Shown here in pieces: positions 47,910 through 57,268 of a DNA stretch of 64,000 nt (positions within the stretch are counted from its first letter, which is position 1; each line of letters begins with the position of its first letter). A program made the position numbers and the translations under genes. Location of the stretch: the NCBI GenBank assembly GCA_963767925.1, contig CAVYGB010000002.1, positions 1,728,001 through 1,792,000 on the forward strand. Reading direction: 5' to 3'. Source of the stretch: an uncultured delta proteobacterium. GTDB taxonomy: Bacteria; Myxococcota_A; Polyangia; Fen-1088. The notes beneath the pieces were generated by a model, which did not search any database, was not told the origin of the DNA, and saw only the letters and a program-made list of their open reading frames with translations.

Positions 47910-49706
47910 ATGCCCGCTGGAGGCAAGGGTCGGGCAGAGAACGCGTCGCAGGCTGTCGAGGCCGCCGGGCGCGGGCTGCTGCTGGCGCTGCCGCTCGTGT
48001 TGCCCTTCGAGGTGCCGCTGTTCCGCCTGGGGCCGCTGGTCATCACCAGCGCCGAGCTGGTGCTGTATGCCCTGCTGGCGGCGTGGGGCGCGGGGCGCGT
48101 CAGCGCGCTCCGGCGGGGGGCCCGCTGGCGCGATCTCTTGCCGCCCGATCGCCTGGGGCGCGCGGTGGCGCTGTGGCTGGCGGTGGTGCTCGTGTCGGCG
48201 CTGCTGGCCCCGACCTTCCAGGCGGAGGCGGGCAAGAGCGGGCTGCGCGCGCTGGCCGCCGGGCTGCTCTTCTTCGCGGCGAGCGACGGCTTGCGGCGGT
48301 CGGGGCAGGCCCGCCGGGTCGTGCTGGCGGTGGTGGCCGGTGGGCTGCTGTCGGCGCTCTTCGCCCTGCTGGAGCTGTGGGTGCCGAGCTCGGCGCCGCT
48401 GTGGCGGCCGTTCCATGCCACCGGCTTTTCCGCCCTGGGCCTGACCCGGGCCAGCGGCAGCTTCGCCTACCCCACCATCGCCGCGATGTACTGGGAGGCG
48501 GCTCTGCCCCTGGTGGCGGCGCTGGCCTGGACCGGCTCGGCGCCGGCGCCGGCACCCGCCGGCAAGGTCGGCGAGCGGCGGCGGGGGGCCCTGGCGGCGG
48601 CGGTGGCCACCTTGCTCGTCGCCGCCATCCTGGCCAGCGCGACGCGCGCCGCCCTGGTGGGCGCGGCCCTGGCGAGCGCGGCGATGGTGATCGCGAGCTG
48701 GCGGGCGGGCACCGGCGTGCGCCTCGCCGCGGGCGGCAGCCTGGCGGCGGTGCTGGTCCTGCTGGCGGTCACGCTGGCGCCGGCGGGGGCGGGGTCGCTG
48801 TCCGGCCAAAGGCTGCGCTTCTGGAACGACGATGCCTGGTACCGCGCCCGCTACCAGGTCCCGCCCGGGCCTCTGGTGGTGCAGGCCGGTGAGGAGCTGG
48901 AGATCGCCGTCACCGTCACCAACACCGGCACGCTCACCTGGCCGGCGACGGGCCGCCAGCCGGTGCACCTGAGCCACCACTGGGAGACAACCACCGCCGC
49001 GGGGCAGCCGCGCCTGGAGTTCGAGGGGCAGCGCACGTTCTTGCCCCGCGATGTCGCGCCAGGTGAGGGAGTCGCCCTGGCCGGCCAGGCGCGGGCGCCG
49101 GTCGCGCCGGGCCGTTACCGGCTGCGCTGGGACCTCGTGCGCGAGCACGTCACCTGGTTCAGCCAGCGGGGCGTCCCCACCGGGGATCAGGCGGTCGAGG
49201 TGCGGCCCGCCACCGGCGTCCGCCCGGCCCGGCGCCCCCCGCGGGTTGTCGCCGCCCGCCTGGAGGACTGGCTGGCCAGCGATCTGCCCGGCCGCCCCGA
49301 GCTGTGGCGGGCGGCGGTCGAGCTGTGGCGGCGCCACCCCGTGCTCGGCGTCGGCCTCGACAACTTCCGCCGCCGCTACCCGGAGGTGATCGCCCCCGCC
49401 ACCCCCGGCCGCCGCTACCGGGAGCTGCGGCTGCACGCCAACAACCTGTACCTCGAGACCCTGGCCGGCCTGGGCCTGGTGGGGCTGCTGGCGCTGGCTT
49501 ACCTCGGCGTCGCGCTGGTCGGCGTGCTGCGCGCCCGTCTGGCGGCGGGCGATCTGCTGGCGGTGGCGGCGGCGGTGGGCGCGGGCACCTACTTCGTGCA
49601 CGGCCTGCTCGACTACTTCTTCACCTTCACGCCCACCCTGGGCCTGTGGTGGATCCTGCTGGCGCTGGCCCGCGACCGGCCCGAGCCCCTGCGCTCAGCC
49701 GGCTGA
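47910..49706 (+). CDS. O-antigen ligase-family protein with an inserted Ig-like domain
   Basis: RASGSFAYP, SATRAAL, insert VTNTGTLTW...LSHHW...PGRYRLRWDLVREHVTWF, PVLGVGLDNF, HANNLYLE. Start could be 47862. Confidence 0.85.
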   Translation: MPAGGKGRAENASQAVEAAGRGLLLALPLVLPFEVPLFRLGPLVITSAELVLYALLAAWGAGRVSALRRGARWRDLLPPDRLGRAVALWLAVVLVSALLAPTFQAEAGKSGLRALAAGLLFFAASDGLRRSGQARRVVLAVVAGGLLSALFALLELWVPSSAPLWRPFHATGFSALGLTRASGSFAYPTIAAMYWEAALPLVAALAWTGSAPAPAPAGKVGERRRGALAAAVATLLVAAILASATRAALVGAALASAAMVIASWRAGTGVRLAAGGSLAAVLVLLAVTLAPAGAGSLSGQRLRFWNDDAWYRARYQVPPGPLVVQAGEELEIAVTVTNTGTLTWPATGRQPVHLSHHWETTTAAGQPRLEFEGQRTFLPRDVAPGEGVALAGQARAPVAPGRYRLRWDLVREHVTWFSQRGVPTGDQAVEVRPATGVRPARRPPRVVAARLEDWLASDLPGRPELWRAAVELWRRHPVLGVGLDNFRRRYPEVIAPATPGRRYRELRLHANNLYLETLAGLGLVGLLALAYLGVALVGVLRARLAAGDLLAVAAAVGAGTYFVHGLLDYFFTFTPTLGLWWILLALARDRPEPLRSAG

Positions 49707-51497
49707 AAAGATGATGGCGGTCTCCGCCGGCAGCTCGGCCAGCGCGGTCGGCGCCGCGGGCGCGGCCTGCCGCTGGTCGGAGCGGAAGAGGACGCGCCAG
49801 GTTTGGGGGTCGAAGGGGAGATCGGCGGCGGCCACCGGCGCGCGGGAGAGGTTGAGCGCCAGCAGGCGCTGGCCCCGGGCGGTGGTGCAGCGAACGACGA
49901 GCAGGGGATCGCGGCCCTCGAGGTGAAGGTCGCCCCGGCCCGCCTCCCGCAGCACCGGATCCTGGCGGCGCAGGGCGAGCAGCGTGCGGTGCACCGCCAG
50001 GACGCGGGCGTGGCGGGGCTCGTCCCGCTCGGACCAGCGCAGCCGGGAGCGGGTGAAGGTTTCGAGGGCCTGCGGGTCGGGGATGGCGTCGCGCCGGTCG
50101 GGTGAGCTGAAGCCGGTGAAGTGCTTGAACTCCTGGCGGCGGCCCTCGGAGATCAAGGGGCCCAGCGCCTCGTCGTGGTCGGTGAAGAACTGGAAGGGGG
50201 TGGAGGCCGCCCACTCCTGCCCCATGAACAGCAGGGGGGTCATGGGCAGGTACAGCAGCAGCGTGCTGGCCGCGCAGAAGGCGTCCTCGCTGATCGCGTG
50301 GGCCAGCCGGTCGCCCAGGGGGCGGTTGCCGACCTGGTCGTGGTTCTGGATGCAATAGACGAAGGCCTGCGCGGGCAGCTCGGGGGCGGGCTTGCCCCGG
50401 GGCTTGCCACCGGGGGCGCAGGGCTGCCCGGTGAAGAGCCAGCCCGAGCGGACGGCCTCGGCCAGGTCCGCCATGCCCCCCTGGAAGCTGGCGAAGTAGC
50501 CGTCGCGCTCGCCGGTGAGGCTGACCCGCACGGCGTGGTGGAAGTCGTCGGCCCAGACGGCGTCGAGGCCCACCTGCGAGACCAGGGCCCCGTCGTTGCG
50601 GTCGTCCTCGGCCATGAGCAGCTTGCGCGGCTGCAGCTCGCCCACCCGCTCGGCCAGCTCGGCGAGGATGTGGCGGGGGGAGGGGTCGACCATGGCGTGG
50701 GTGGCGTCGAGGCGGAGCCCGTCGAAACGAAACTCGCGCAGCCAGTAGCGGGCGTTGTCGATCACCAGGCGGCGCATCGGCGCGCGCGCGAAGTCGGGCG
50801 CGTCGCCCCAGTTGTTCTTCAGCTCGCGGGTGAAGTAGTCGGGGCTGTACGAGGCGAGGTAGTTGCCCGCGGGGCCGAAGTGGTTGTAGACGACGTCGAG
50901 CAGCACCACCAGGCCCAGGTGGTGGGCCTCGTCGATGAAGGCCCGCAGCTCGTCGGGCGGTCCGTAGGGGGCGAACGGGGCGAAGGGGGCCACGCCGTCG
51001 TAGCCCCAGCCCCGGCTGCCGGCGAAGGCGTTGAGCGGCATCAGCTCGACGGTGGTGATCCCCAGGTCGGCGAGCTCGGCCAGGTGGGCCTGGGCGGCCC
51101 GGTAGGTCCCCTCCTCGGTGAAGGTCCCCACGTGCAGCTCGTAGATCACCTGCTCGCGCAGCGGGCGCCAGACGCCGTCGCCGTGTCGCCAGGTGTGGTG
51201 GGGCAACACGACCATCGCCGGCCCGTGCACCCCGTCGGGCAAGAAGCGGGCGTAGGGATCGGGCAGCTCCCGGTTGGCCAGGACGAACTTGTAGCGGGTG
51301 CCATGGCCCAGGCCGGGCAGGGCGGTTTGGTGCAGCCCGTCGCCAGCCGCCTGCAAGGCGTGCGTCGCCAGGACGTTGCCGGCGCCATCGAAGAGGCGCA
51401 CCGACCAGGGGCCGTGGGCGCTGTACAGCCGGAACACGAGGTGGCCATCCTCCACGTGGGCGCCGAGGGGAGGCGGGTCGGTCGGGCTGGTGGTCAA
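49695..51497 (-). CDS. treZ: Malto-oligosyltrehalose trehalohydrolase (GH13)
   Basis: DPYARFLPDGVHGP, IYELHVGTFT, WGYDGV, DVVYNH, GLRLDATH, QNHDQVGNR, LFMGQEW. Start uncertain (TTG 51497; the ORF extends to 51629). Confidence 0.93.
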   Translation of the reverse strand: MTTSPTDPPPLGAHVEDGHLVFRLYSAHGPWSVRLFDGAGNVLATHALQAAGDGLHQTALPGLGHGTRYKFVLANRELPDPYARFLPDGVHGPAMVVLPHHTWRHGDGVWRPLREQVIYELHVGTFTEEGTYRAAQAHLAELADLGITTVELMPLNAFAGSRGWGYDGVAPFAPFAPYGPPDELRAFIDEAHHLGLVVLLDVVYNHFGPAGNYLASYSPDYFTRELKNNWGDAPDFARAPMRRLVIDNARYWLREFRFDGLRLDATHAMVDPSPRHILAELAERVGELQPRKLLMAEDDRNDGALVSQVGLDAVWADDFHHAVRVSLTGERDGYFASFQGGMADLAEAVRSGWLFTGQPCAPGGKPRGKPAPELPAQAFVYCIQNHDQVGNRPLGDRLAHAISEDAFCAASTLLLYLPMTPLLFMGQEWAASTPFQFFTDHDEALGPLISEGRRQEFKHFTGFSSPDRRDAIPDPQALETFTRSRLRWSERDEPRHARVLAVHRTLLALRRQDPVLREAGRGDLHLEGRDPLLVVRCTTARGQRLLALNLSRAPVAAADLPFDPQTWRVLFRSDQRQAAPAAPTALAELPAETAIIFSAG

Positions 51498-51647
51498 TCG
51501 GAGGGCAGGGCCGTGTCGCAGCGCCGGTGTCACCCCCACACGATGGGGGAGAGCGACGGGATTACAAGCCGGATCGACCCGGGGTGCATGGGGTGGGAAT
51601 GACGGGAAGATCCCCTCAGAAACCTGCACCGCGACAGAGTCGCGGCA

Positions 51648-52556
51648 TCAGAGCATTCTCCACTTCAGGTGCTGGGCGGCGGGTTTGGCCTGCAGGTCGG
51701 CGGTGAGCACGGGGACGTCCTCCAGGGTCCACAGCCGGAAGCCGCCCCGGAAGGCGGTCTGGTTGTGCCCCAGGCGCATCCCGTGGGGGAGGTCGCGCAG
51801 CTTCTTGGCGTTGCCGCCGCCGATGACGAGGTAGTCCGCGAGGAAGGCCTTCATCAGGCTGGCGGCGGCGGTGGCGACGTTCTTCTTCCAGGCGCGCACG
51901 CCGGCCTTCTCGAGGCCGGCGGCCGAGAGCATGTCGCCCAGGGTCTGCTCGTCGCTCCCCTTCCAGGCGAGATCGCCGAGCTCGAGCGAGATGATGGTGT
52001 GGTCGGCGATGAGGGCCGAGCCGAGGCCGGTGCCCAGGCCCAGGAACAACATGCGTCCCCCGTCGTAGCTGCCGAGCGCCTGCATGGCGGCGTCGTTGGC
52101 CACCTTGACCGGACGGTCGAAGGCGGCGGCGAAGTCGAAGCCGACCCAGCCCTTGCCGAGGTTACCCGGCTCGCAGCGGGGGCCGGTCGGGCCGGTGAGC
52201 CCGGGGAAGCCGACCGTCACGGCGTCGTATTTCCAGTCCTTGGCCAGCCGCTCGACCTCCGCCACCAGCTTGGCCGGGGTGAGCTTCTTGCCCGAGGGGG
52301 TCCGGCGCGGCTCGGTCTCTCCACTGACCAGGACCTTCAGGTACGAGCCGCCGACATCGACGACGAGGATCTTCTCGGGGTGCTCGTCGGGGCGTTCGGC
52401 CGCAGGTCTGCGACCATTGGCGGGCTTGCGGCCGCTGGCGGGCTTGCGGCCGTTGGCAGGCTTGCGGCGGTCGGCTGGCTCACGGATTGGCACCTGCCCT
52501 TCAAGGTAGGCCCGATCTGTTACGGGCGCCACCTCCCGGGCGCGATCGGTTGTCAC
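51648..52556 (-). CDS. ROK-family sugar kinase (polyphosphate glucokinase-like)
   Basis: VDVGGS, VGFPG, NDAAMQALG, LGLGTGLGSA, LELG, IGGGNA. Confidence 0.88.
   Translation of the reverse strand: MTTDRAREVAPVTDRAYLEGQVPIREPADRRKPANGRKPASGRKPANGRRPAAERPDEHPEKILVVDVGGSYLKVLVSGETEPRRTPSGKKLTPAKLVAEVERLAKDWKYDAVTVGFPGLTGPTGPRCEPGNLGKGWVGFDFAAAFDRPVKVANDAAMQALGSYDGGRMLFLGLGTGLGSALIADHTIISLELGDLAWKGSDEQTLGDMLSAAGLEKAGVRAWKKNVATAAASLMKAFLADYLVIGGGNAKKLRDLPHGMRLGHNQTAFRGGFRLWTLEDVPVLTADLQAKPAAQHLKWRML
52414..52467 (-). repeat. 18-bp in-frame tandem repeat x3 encoding RKPA(N/S)G
   Basis: CCATTGGCGGGCTTGCGG / CCGCTGGCGGGCTTGCGG / CCGTTGGCAGGCTTGCGG on the plus strand. Confidence 0.85.
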
Positions 52557-52599
52557 CTCCGGCTCGGTGCCCGTCGCGCGTCGGGCGGGCCCGCTCCCT

Positions 52600-53322
52600 T
52601 CACCCCCGGCGGGTGTCGTTCCAGACGGTGCCGACCGTGCGCAGCAGGATGCGCAGGTCGAGCAGCAGGCTCCAGGAGGCGACGTACTCCAGATCGAGGC
52701 GCACGCGATCGGTGATGTAGCCGGCGCTCGGCAGCGGGTTGACGGCGCCGGCGCCCAGCGCGGCGGGGGCGGGGCTCCGGGCCGCCTCGGCGTGAGCCGG
52801 GTTGCGGTCGCCGCGCAGGCCGTTGACCTGGGCCCAGCCGGTGATCCCGGGGCGCATGAGGTGGCGGGCCCAGTACCAGGGGATCTCGCGCTGCCAGCGG
52901 GGCACGCGGTCGAGCACCTCGGGTCGCGGGCCGATCAGGCTCATGTGGCCGGTGAGCACGTGCCAGAGCTGGGGCAGCTCGTCGAGGCCGGTGGGGCGCA
53001 GCAGCCGGCCGAGGCGGGTGACCCGACCCTGCTGGTCCATGGTGCGCAGCTTGCTGATCACGAAGGGGCGCTGGCGGTGGCCCATGCGCGGCTGCCGGTA
53101 GAGGGCGGGGCCGCGCGACTCGAGGCGGATGAGCAGCGCCAGCAGCAGCAGGAGCGGGCCGGTCAGCAGCAGGAACAGCGACGAGACGGCGATGTCGACG
53201 GTGCGCTTGATGGCCCGGGCCAGCAGGGGATGGGCGGCGACCAGCCGCTCGAGGTGGGCGGTGTCGACGCCGGGGCGCTCGCCGGGCCGCTCGGGCCGGC
53301 GCTGCAAGGCGGTGCGGGTCAT
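52600..53322 (-). CDS. Bacterial sugar transferase (priming phosphoglycosyltransferase)
   Basis: KRTVDI, KLRTM, LDELPQLW, MSLIGPRP, RPGITGWAQVNG, DLEY. Confidence 0.93.
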   Translation of the reverse strand: MTRTALQRRPERPGERPGVDTAHLERLVAAHPLLARAIKRTVDIAVSSLFLLLTGPLLLLLALLIRLESRGPALYRQPRMGHRQRPFVISKLRTMDQQGRVTRLGRLLRPTGLDELPQLWHVLTGHMSLIGPRPEVLDRVPRWQREIPWYWARHLMRPGITGWAQVNGLRGDRNPAHAEAARSPAPAALGAGAVNPLPSAGYITDRVRLDLEYVASWSLLLDLRILLRTVGTVWNDTRRG

Positions 53323-54518
53323 GCCGCGCGCTCCACCGCAGCCGGCTGGCGGGCCTGCCAGGCCTGCTCGACGACGCCGAGGAAGTCGCGCCGGAAGGCC
53401 ATGCGCCCGTAGCGGCGGGCCTGGGCCTGCAGGCGGGCCGGGTCGAAGCGGCCGGGCAGGGTGGGCAGGCGGTCGAGGGCGGCGCGGATGCCCGCCACGG
53501 TGGGGGGAAACAGGATGCCGGTGTCGTCGGCGGCGAGGATCTCGGCCGCCCCGCCCTCGGCGGCGGCCAGCACCGGCTTGCCGGCGGCCAGGGCCTCGAC
53601 CATCACCATGCCGAAGTCGTCGAGCCCCGGGTGCAGCAGGGCCCGGCAGCCCCGGTAGAGCTGGTCGAGCCGCTCGTCGCTGACCCAGCCCTCGAACGAG
53701 ACGTTGGGGCCGGCGAGCTGCTGCAGGCGGGCCCGGTACGATCCCTCGCCGACGATCACCAGGCGCTCGGGGCGGCCGGCGAAGGCGGCGACGGCGAGGT
53801 CGAGCCGCTTGTAGGGGACCAGCGCGGAGACGACGAGGAAGGGGGAGTCGGAGGAGGGAGCGGCGCCGGCGGGCGGCTCGCTGCTGCGCTCGAAGCGGGC
53901 GGTGTCGACCGGCGGCGGGATCACGGCGGCCTCCCGGTGGTAGTGGCGCAAGATGCGGTCGCGGGTGTAGCGGCTGTTGGCCACCAGGAGGTGGGGGCGG
54001 GTGGCGGCGCGATCGTCCCAGCGGCGAAGGTAGCGGGCCAGGCCGCGGAACAGCAGGCGGCCGGCCAGGCCGCCGGGGACGCCCGCCTCGTAGACCGGCT
54101 GGGCCTCGCGCACGTAGCGCATGGGCGAGTGGACGTAGGCGACGTGCAGGGCGGTCGGCGGGGCCAGCGCGCCGAGGGCGACGCAGTGGCTGCTGGAGAT
54201 GACGAGCTGGTAGCGATCGAGCCGGAACGACTCCATGGCCAGCGGGAACAGCGGCAGCAGCGGGCGGAAGCGGCCGCGCAGCAGCGGGGTACGCGCGAGC
54301 CGATCGATGAAGGAGGTGGTGACGTTGCGGCGGGCCAGGGTCGGCGACAGCCGGGCGCGGTCACAGCGCAGCGTGAAGACGTCGGCCTGGGGGAACAGCT
54401 CGCACAGGGCCTCGAGGACGCGCTCTCCGCCTCGCATCGACGTGAGCCAGTCGTGTACGAGAGCGACAGAGCCGAACATCTCAGGGGCGCACGGTACCAC
54501 GTCGAGCCGCTCAAGCAT
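53319..54518 (-). CDS. GT4 glycosyltransferase
   Basis: VALVHDWLTSMRGGERVL, VHSPMRY, SALVPYKR, DDFGMVMVEALAAG; start set at ATG 54518. Confidence 0.9.
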   Translation of the reverse strand: MLERLDVVPCAPEMFGSVALVHDWLTSMRGGERVLEALCELFPQADVFTLRCDRARLSPTLARRNVTTSFIDRLARTPLLRGRFRPLLPLFPLAMESFRLDRYQLVISSSHCVALGALAPPTALHVAYVHSPMRYVREAQPVYEAGVPGGLAGRLLFRGLARYLRRWDDRAATRPHLLVANSRYTRDRILRHYHREAAVIPPPVDTARFERSSEPPAGAAPSSDSPFLVVSALVPYKRLDLAVAAFAGRPERLVIVGEGSYRARLQQLAGPNVSFEGWVSDERLDQLYRGCRALLHPGLDDFGMVMVEALAAGKPVLAAAEGGAAEILAADDTGILFPPTVAGIRAALDRLPTLPGRFDPARLQAQARRYGRMAFRRDFLGVVEQAWQARQPAAVERAA

Positions 54519-54538
54519 GTCGGATTTGGCAAGATCGG

Positions 54539-55759
54539 CTACGTATTTGGTGGCGGGAACGATGTCGACGAGCCTGCGGGGCCCCGAGGTCTGACGCGTC
54601 CTTCTGCGGCTGCGCGGTAGATGGCGAGGACGCGTGCGCCGAGGGCGGGCCAGCTCAGCGCGCGGGCGAAGTGGGCCCGCACCTCCGCGCGCTGCGCGGG
54701 GCCGTTCGCGCGCACAGTGGCGGCGGCGGCCAGCAGGGCGCGCGCGCACGCCGCGACGTCGCCGGGAGGAAACCGCGCGCCGAGCGCGTCGGTGAGCGCG
54801 CGGAACGCGGGGATGTCGGTCACCACCGGCGTGACGCCGAAGGCGAGGGCCTCGATGAGGGCGTAGCCGCTTCCCTCGTGGTGGCTGCCCAGCACGAACA
54901 GATCGGCGCTGGCGTACAGCGCGGGGAGGGCGGCGGGGGCGAGCGCGCCGAGCAGGTGCACGCGCTCGGCCAGCGCGGGGGCGGCGGCGAGGCGGGCGCG
55001 CACGCGGGGCAAGAGCGCGTCGGCCCCGAAGACCATGGTCAGCGCGGCGCCGGGCAGGGCGGGGAGGGCGCGCTCGAACGCGGCCAGCACGGTCAGCGGA
55101 TCTTTGTTGGCGTCGAGGCGCCCGACCCAGAGCAGGGCGGGGCGGCCCGGCGTGCGGGCGTCGCCCGGGCGAGGCGGGGAGGCGGCCAGGTCGGTGCTGC
55201 TCTCGGGCACGGCGTGGACGGGCTGGGTCGGGGCGAGGATGCCGGCGTCGCGCCAGGGACGGGCCAGCTCCGCCGCGGAGAAAAGCAGGCCGTCGGCGCC
55301 GCGCAGCCCGAACCGATGCAGGGCCCGCCAGGTTGGCCGGCGGAACCCGGGCGACCCGGCGTGGATCCCGCCGTGGTCCTGCACCAGCAGCGGCGTGGCC
55401 GCCGGCAGCCAGGCGCGCAGCAGCCGCACCTGCAGCGGGTAGACGAGGCCGTGCACGTGCACGACGGAGGGGGCCAGGGCGGCCACCGCCTCGACAACCC
55501 GCAGGCTCCACCACCAGGCCGGCGGCTGCGGCACCGGCGCGTCCGGCACGAAGTGGTAGTCGACGCCGCCGCGGCGGAAGGTGGCGGCTCGTTCGAACCG
55601 TTGCACCACCGCCACCGGTCCGCCGGCGGCGCCGGCCACCGCCCGGGCCCAGCCCTCGAGGGTGCGGTAGCGGGCCAGCAGCGCCTCCGGATCGCGGTCG
55701 CGCGCCAACTCTGGTGCAACGTCCGGCCCAACGTAAGGGTAGTTGACGAAGACGATCAC
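54539..55759 (-). CDS. GT4 glycosyltransferase
   Basis: VHVHG, WVGRLDANKD, SHHEGSGYALIEALAFG, VTDIP. Confidence 0.9.
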   Translation of the reverse strand: MIVFVNYPYVGPDVAPELARDRDPEALLARYRTLEGWARAVAGAAGGPVAVVQRFERAATFRRGGVDYHFVPDAPVPQPPAWWWSLRVVEAVAALAPSVVHVHGLVYPLQVRLLRAWLPAATPLLVQDHGGIHAGSPGFRRPTWRALHRFGLRGADGLLFSAAELARPWRDAGILAPTQPVHAVPESSTDLAASPPRPGDARTPGRPALLWVGRLDANKDPLTVLAAFERALPALPGAALTMVFGADALLPRVRARLAAAPALAERVHLLGALAPAALPALYASADLFVLGSHHEGSGYALIEALAFGVTPVVTDIPAFRALTDALGARFPPGDVAACARALLAAAATVRANGPAQRAEVRAHFARALSWPALGARVLAIYRAAAEGRVRPRGPAGSSTSFPPPNT

Positions 55760-55818
55760 GGGCTAGCGCTCCCCGGGGTGAAAGTAGCCCTTTACCGGCG
55801 CGACCCCGGCAGGTTCTG

Positions 55819-57078
55819 ATGGGGGCGACCGCGATGGTGATTCGCCTCGAGAACCTGGCCCTCCCCGACACCTATCCGGCGGCCTCGGCGATCACGATCC
55901 GGGACGGGCACATCGTGGCGGCGGGGGAGGTGGGCGCGGGGGCGGTCGACCTGCGCCTCGATTTCGGGGAGGTGCTCGGGAGCGTGGCGGGTGGGGGGGG
56001 CGCGTTCGCCTTTCCTGGCCTCGTCAATGCGCATGACCACCTGGAGTTCGATCTGTTTCCCCCGCTGGGCGGCGCGGGGCTGTACGCAGACTATCTGGAC
56101 TGGGGGCACGACATCCAGCGCCGGCACCGCGACGTGATCCGGGAGGTGCTGCGCATCCCGCGCGACCTGCGCTACCGCTGGGGGATCTACAAGAACCTGC
56201 TGGCGGGGGTGACGACCGTCGTCCACCACGGCAGCCCGCTGCCCGGCGAGGTGGCGGGCCCGCCGGCGGCCGACCCGTTGATCCGGGTTGTCGACGCGTA
56301 CCTGTACCTGCACTCGCTGGGGTTCGACCGGCGCTGGTGGCTGCGGCTGGTCCGCCGGGGTCGGCGGGGGCCGGTGCTGGTCCACATCGCCGAGGGCAGC
56401 GGCCCCCAGATGGCGGCGGAGCCGGATCGCCTGCACCGGTTCAACCTGTGGGGGGCCGACCTCATCGGCATCCACGCCATCGCCATGAACGAGCAGCAGG
56501 CCCGCCGCTGGAAGGCCGTCATCTGGTGCCCGGTCTCGAACCTGTTCCTGTACGGGCGGACCGCGCCCGTGCACGCGCTGAAGGCCAGCACCACCGTCCT
56601 GTTCGGGACCGACTCGACGGTGAGCGCGGGCTGGGACATCTGGGAGCATTTGCGGGTGGCCCGCCAGATGGGGGGCCTGCGCGACGGCGAGCTGTACGCC
56701 TGCCTGAACGCGGAGCCGGCCCGGGTGTTCGGCCTGCCCGGGCGGATCGATCTGGCGCCGGGCGCGCCGGCCGACCTGGTGGTGGCCCAGCGGCGTGGCG
56801 GCGGCGGCGCTACCGGCGTCGACACTTTTTTCGACGCCTTCTTCGCGGTCGAGCCCCGCGACCTGCTGCTGGTGGTGCGGGGCGGGCGGATCCTCCTGTG
56901 GGACGCGCGCCTGCGCCTCGCCGGCGGGGGCGGGCGCGAGCCTTACGATCCGGTGCAGGTGGGCGAGCGGACCAAGCTGGTCGCCGGCGGCATCGTCGAT
57001 CTGGTGCGCGCCATCCGCGCCCACGGCGGCGGCGCCACCCTGCCGATCGCGGTCGATGGCGCCGGCCCGGGACACTAG
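55819..57078 (+). CDS. Amidohydrolase-superfamily metalloenzyme
   Basis: PGLVNAHDHL, HIAEG, IHAIA, WCPVSN, GTDS, GAPADLVV. Start could be 55834. Confidence 0.88.
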   Translation: MGATAMVIRLENLALPDTYPAASAITIRDGHIVAAGEVGAGAVDLRLDFGEVLGSVAGGGGAFAFPGLVNAHDHLEFDLFPPLGGAGLYADYLDWGHDIQRRHRDVIREVLRIPRDLRYRWGIYKNLLAGVTTVVHHGSPLPGEVAGPPAADPLIRVVDAYLYLHSLGFDRRWWLRLVRRGRRGPVLVHIAEGSGPQMAAEPDRLHRFNLWGADLIGIHAIAMNEQQARRWKAVIWCPVSNLFLYGRTAPVHALKASTTVLFGTDSTVSAGWDIWEHLRVARQMGGLRDGELYACLNAEPARVFGLPGRIDLAPGAPADLVVAQRRGGGGATGVDTFFDAFFAVEPRDLLLVVRGGRILLWDARLRLAGGGGREPYDPVQVGERTKLVAGGIVDLVRAIRAHGGGATLPIAVDGAGPGH

Positions 57079-57238
57079 TGCACCGCTCTCGAAATAGCGT
57101 CAAGGATCCGCCGACAAGCCTGCGGCCCCGCGAGGCGCGACGACGACGAATATCCGGCATATTCCGAGGAGGAGCAACGAAGCGGGGGCGCAGGATCGTC
57201 GGCGCAGCCTTGACGATATTTCGCGAGCGGTGCACTAG
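57075..57238. mobile_element. 164-bp MITE/REP-like element with long terminal inverted repeats
   Basis: 55-bp arms match at 48/55 positions as reverse complements (CTAGTGCACCGCTC...GAGCGGTGCACTAG); CTAG at both ends; non-coding core. Confidence 0.75.
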
Positions 57239-57268
57239 ACTCCGCCGGCTATCATCAGGGAAGCAACG

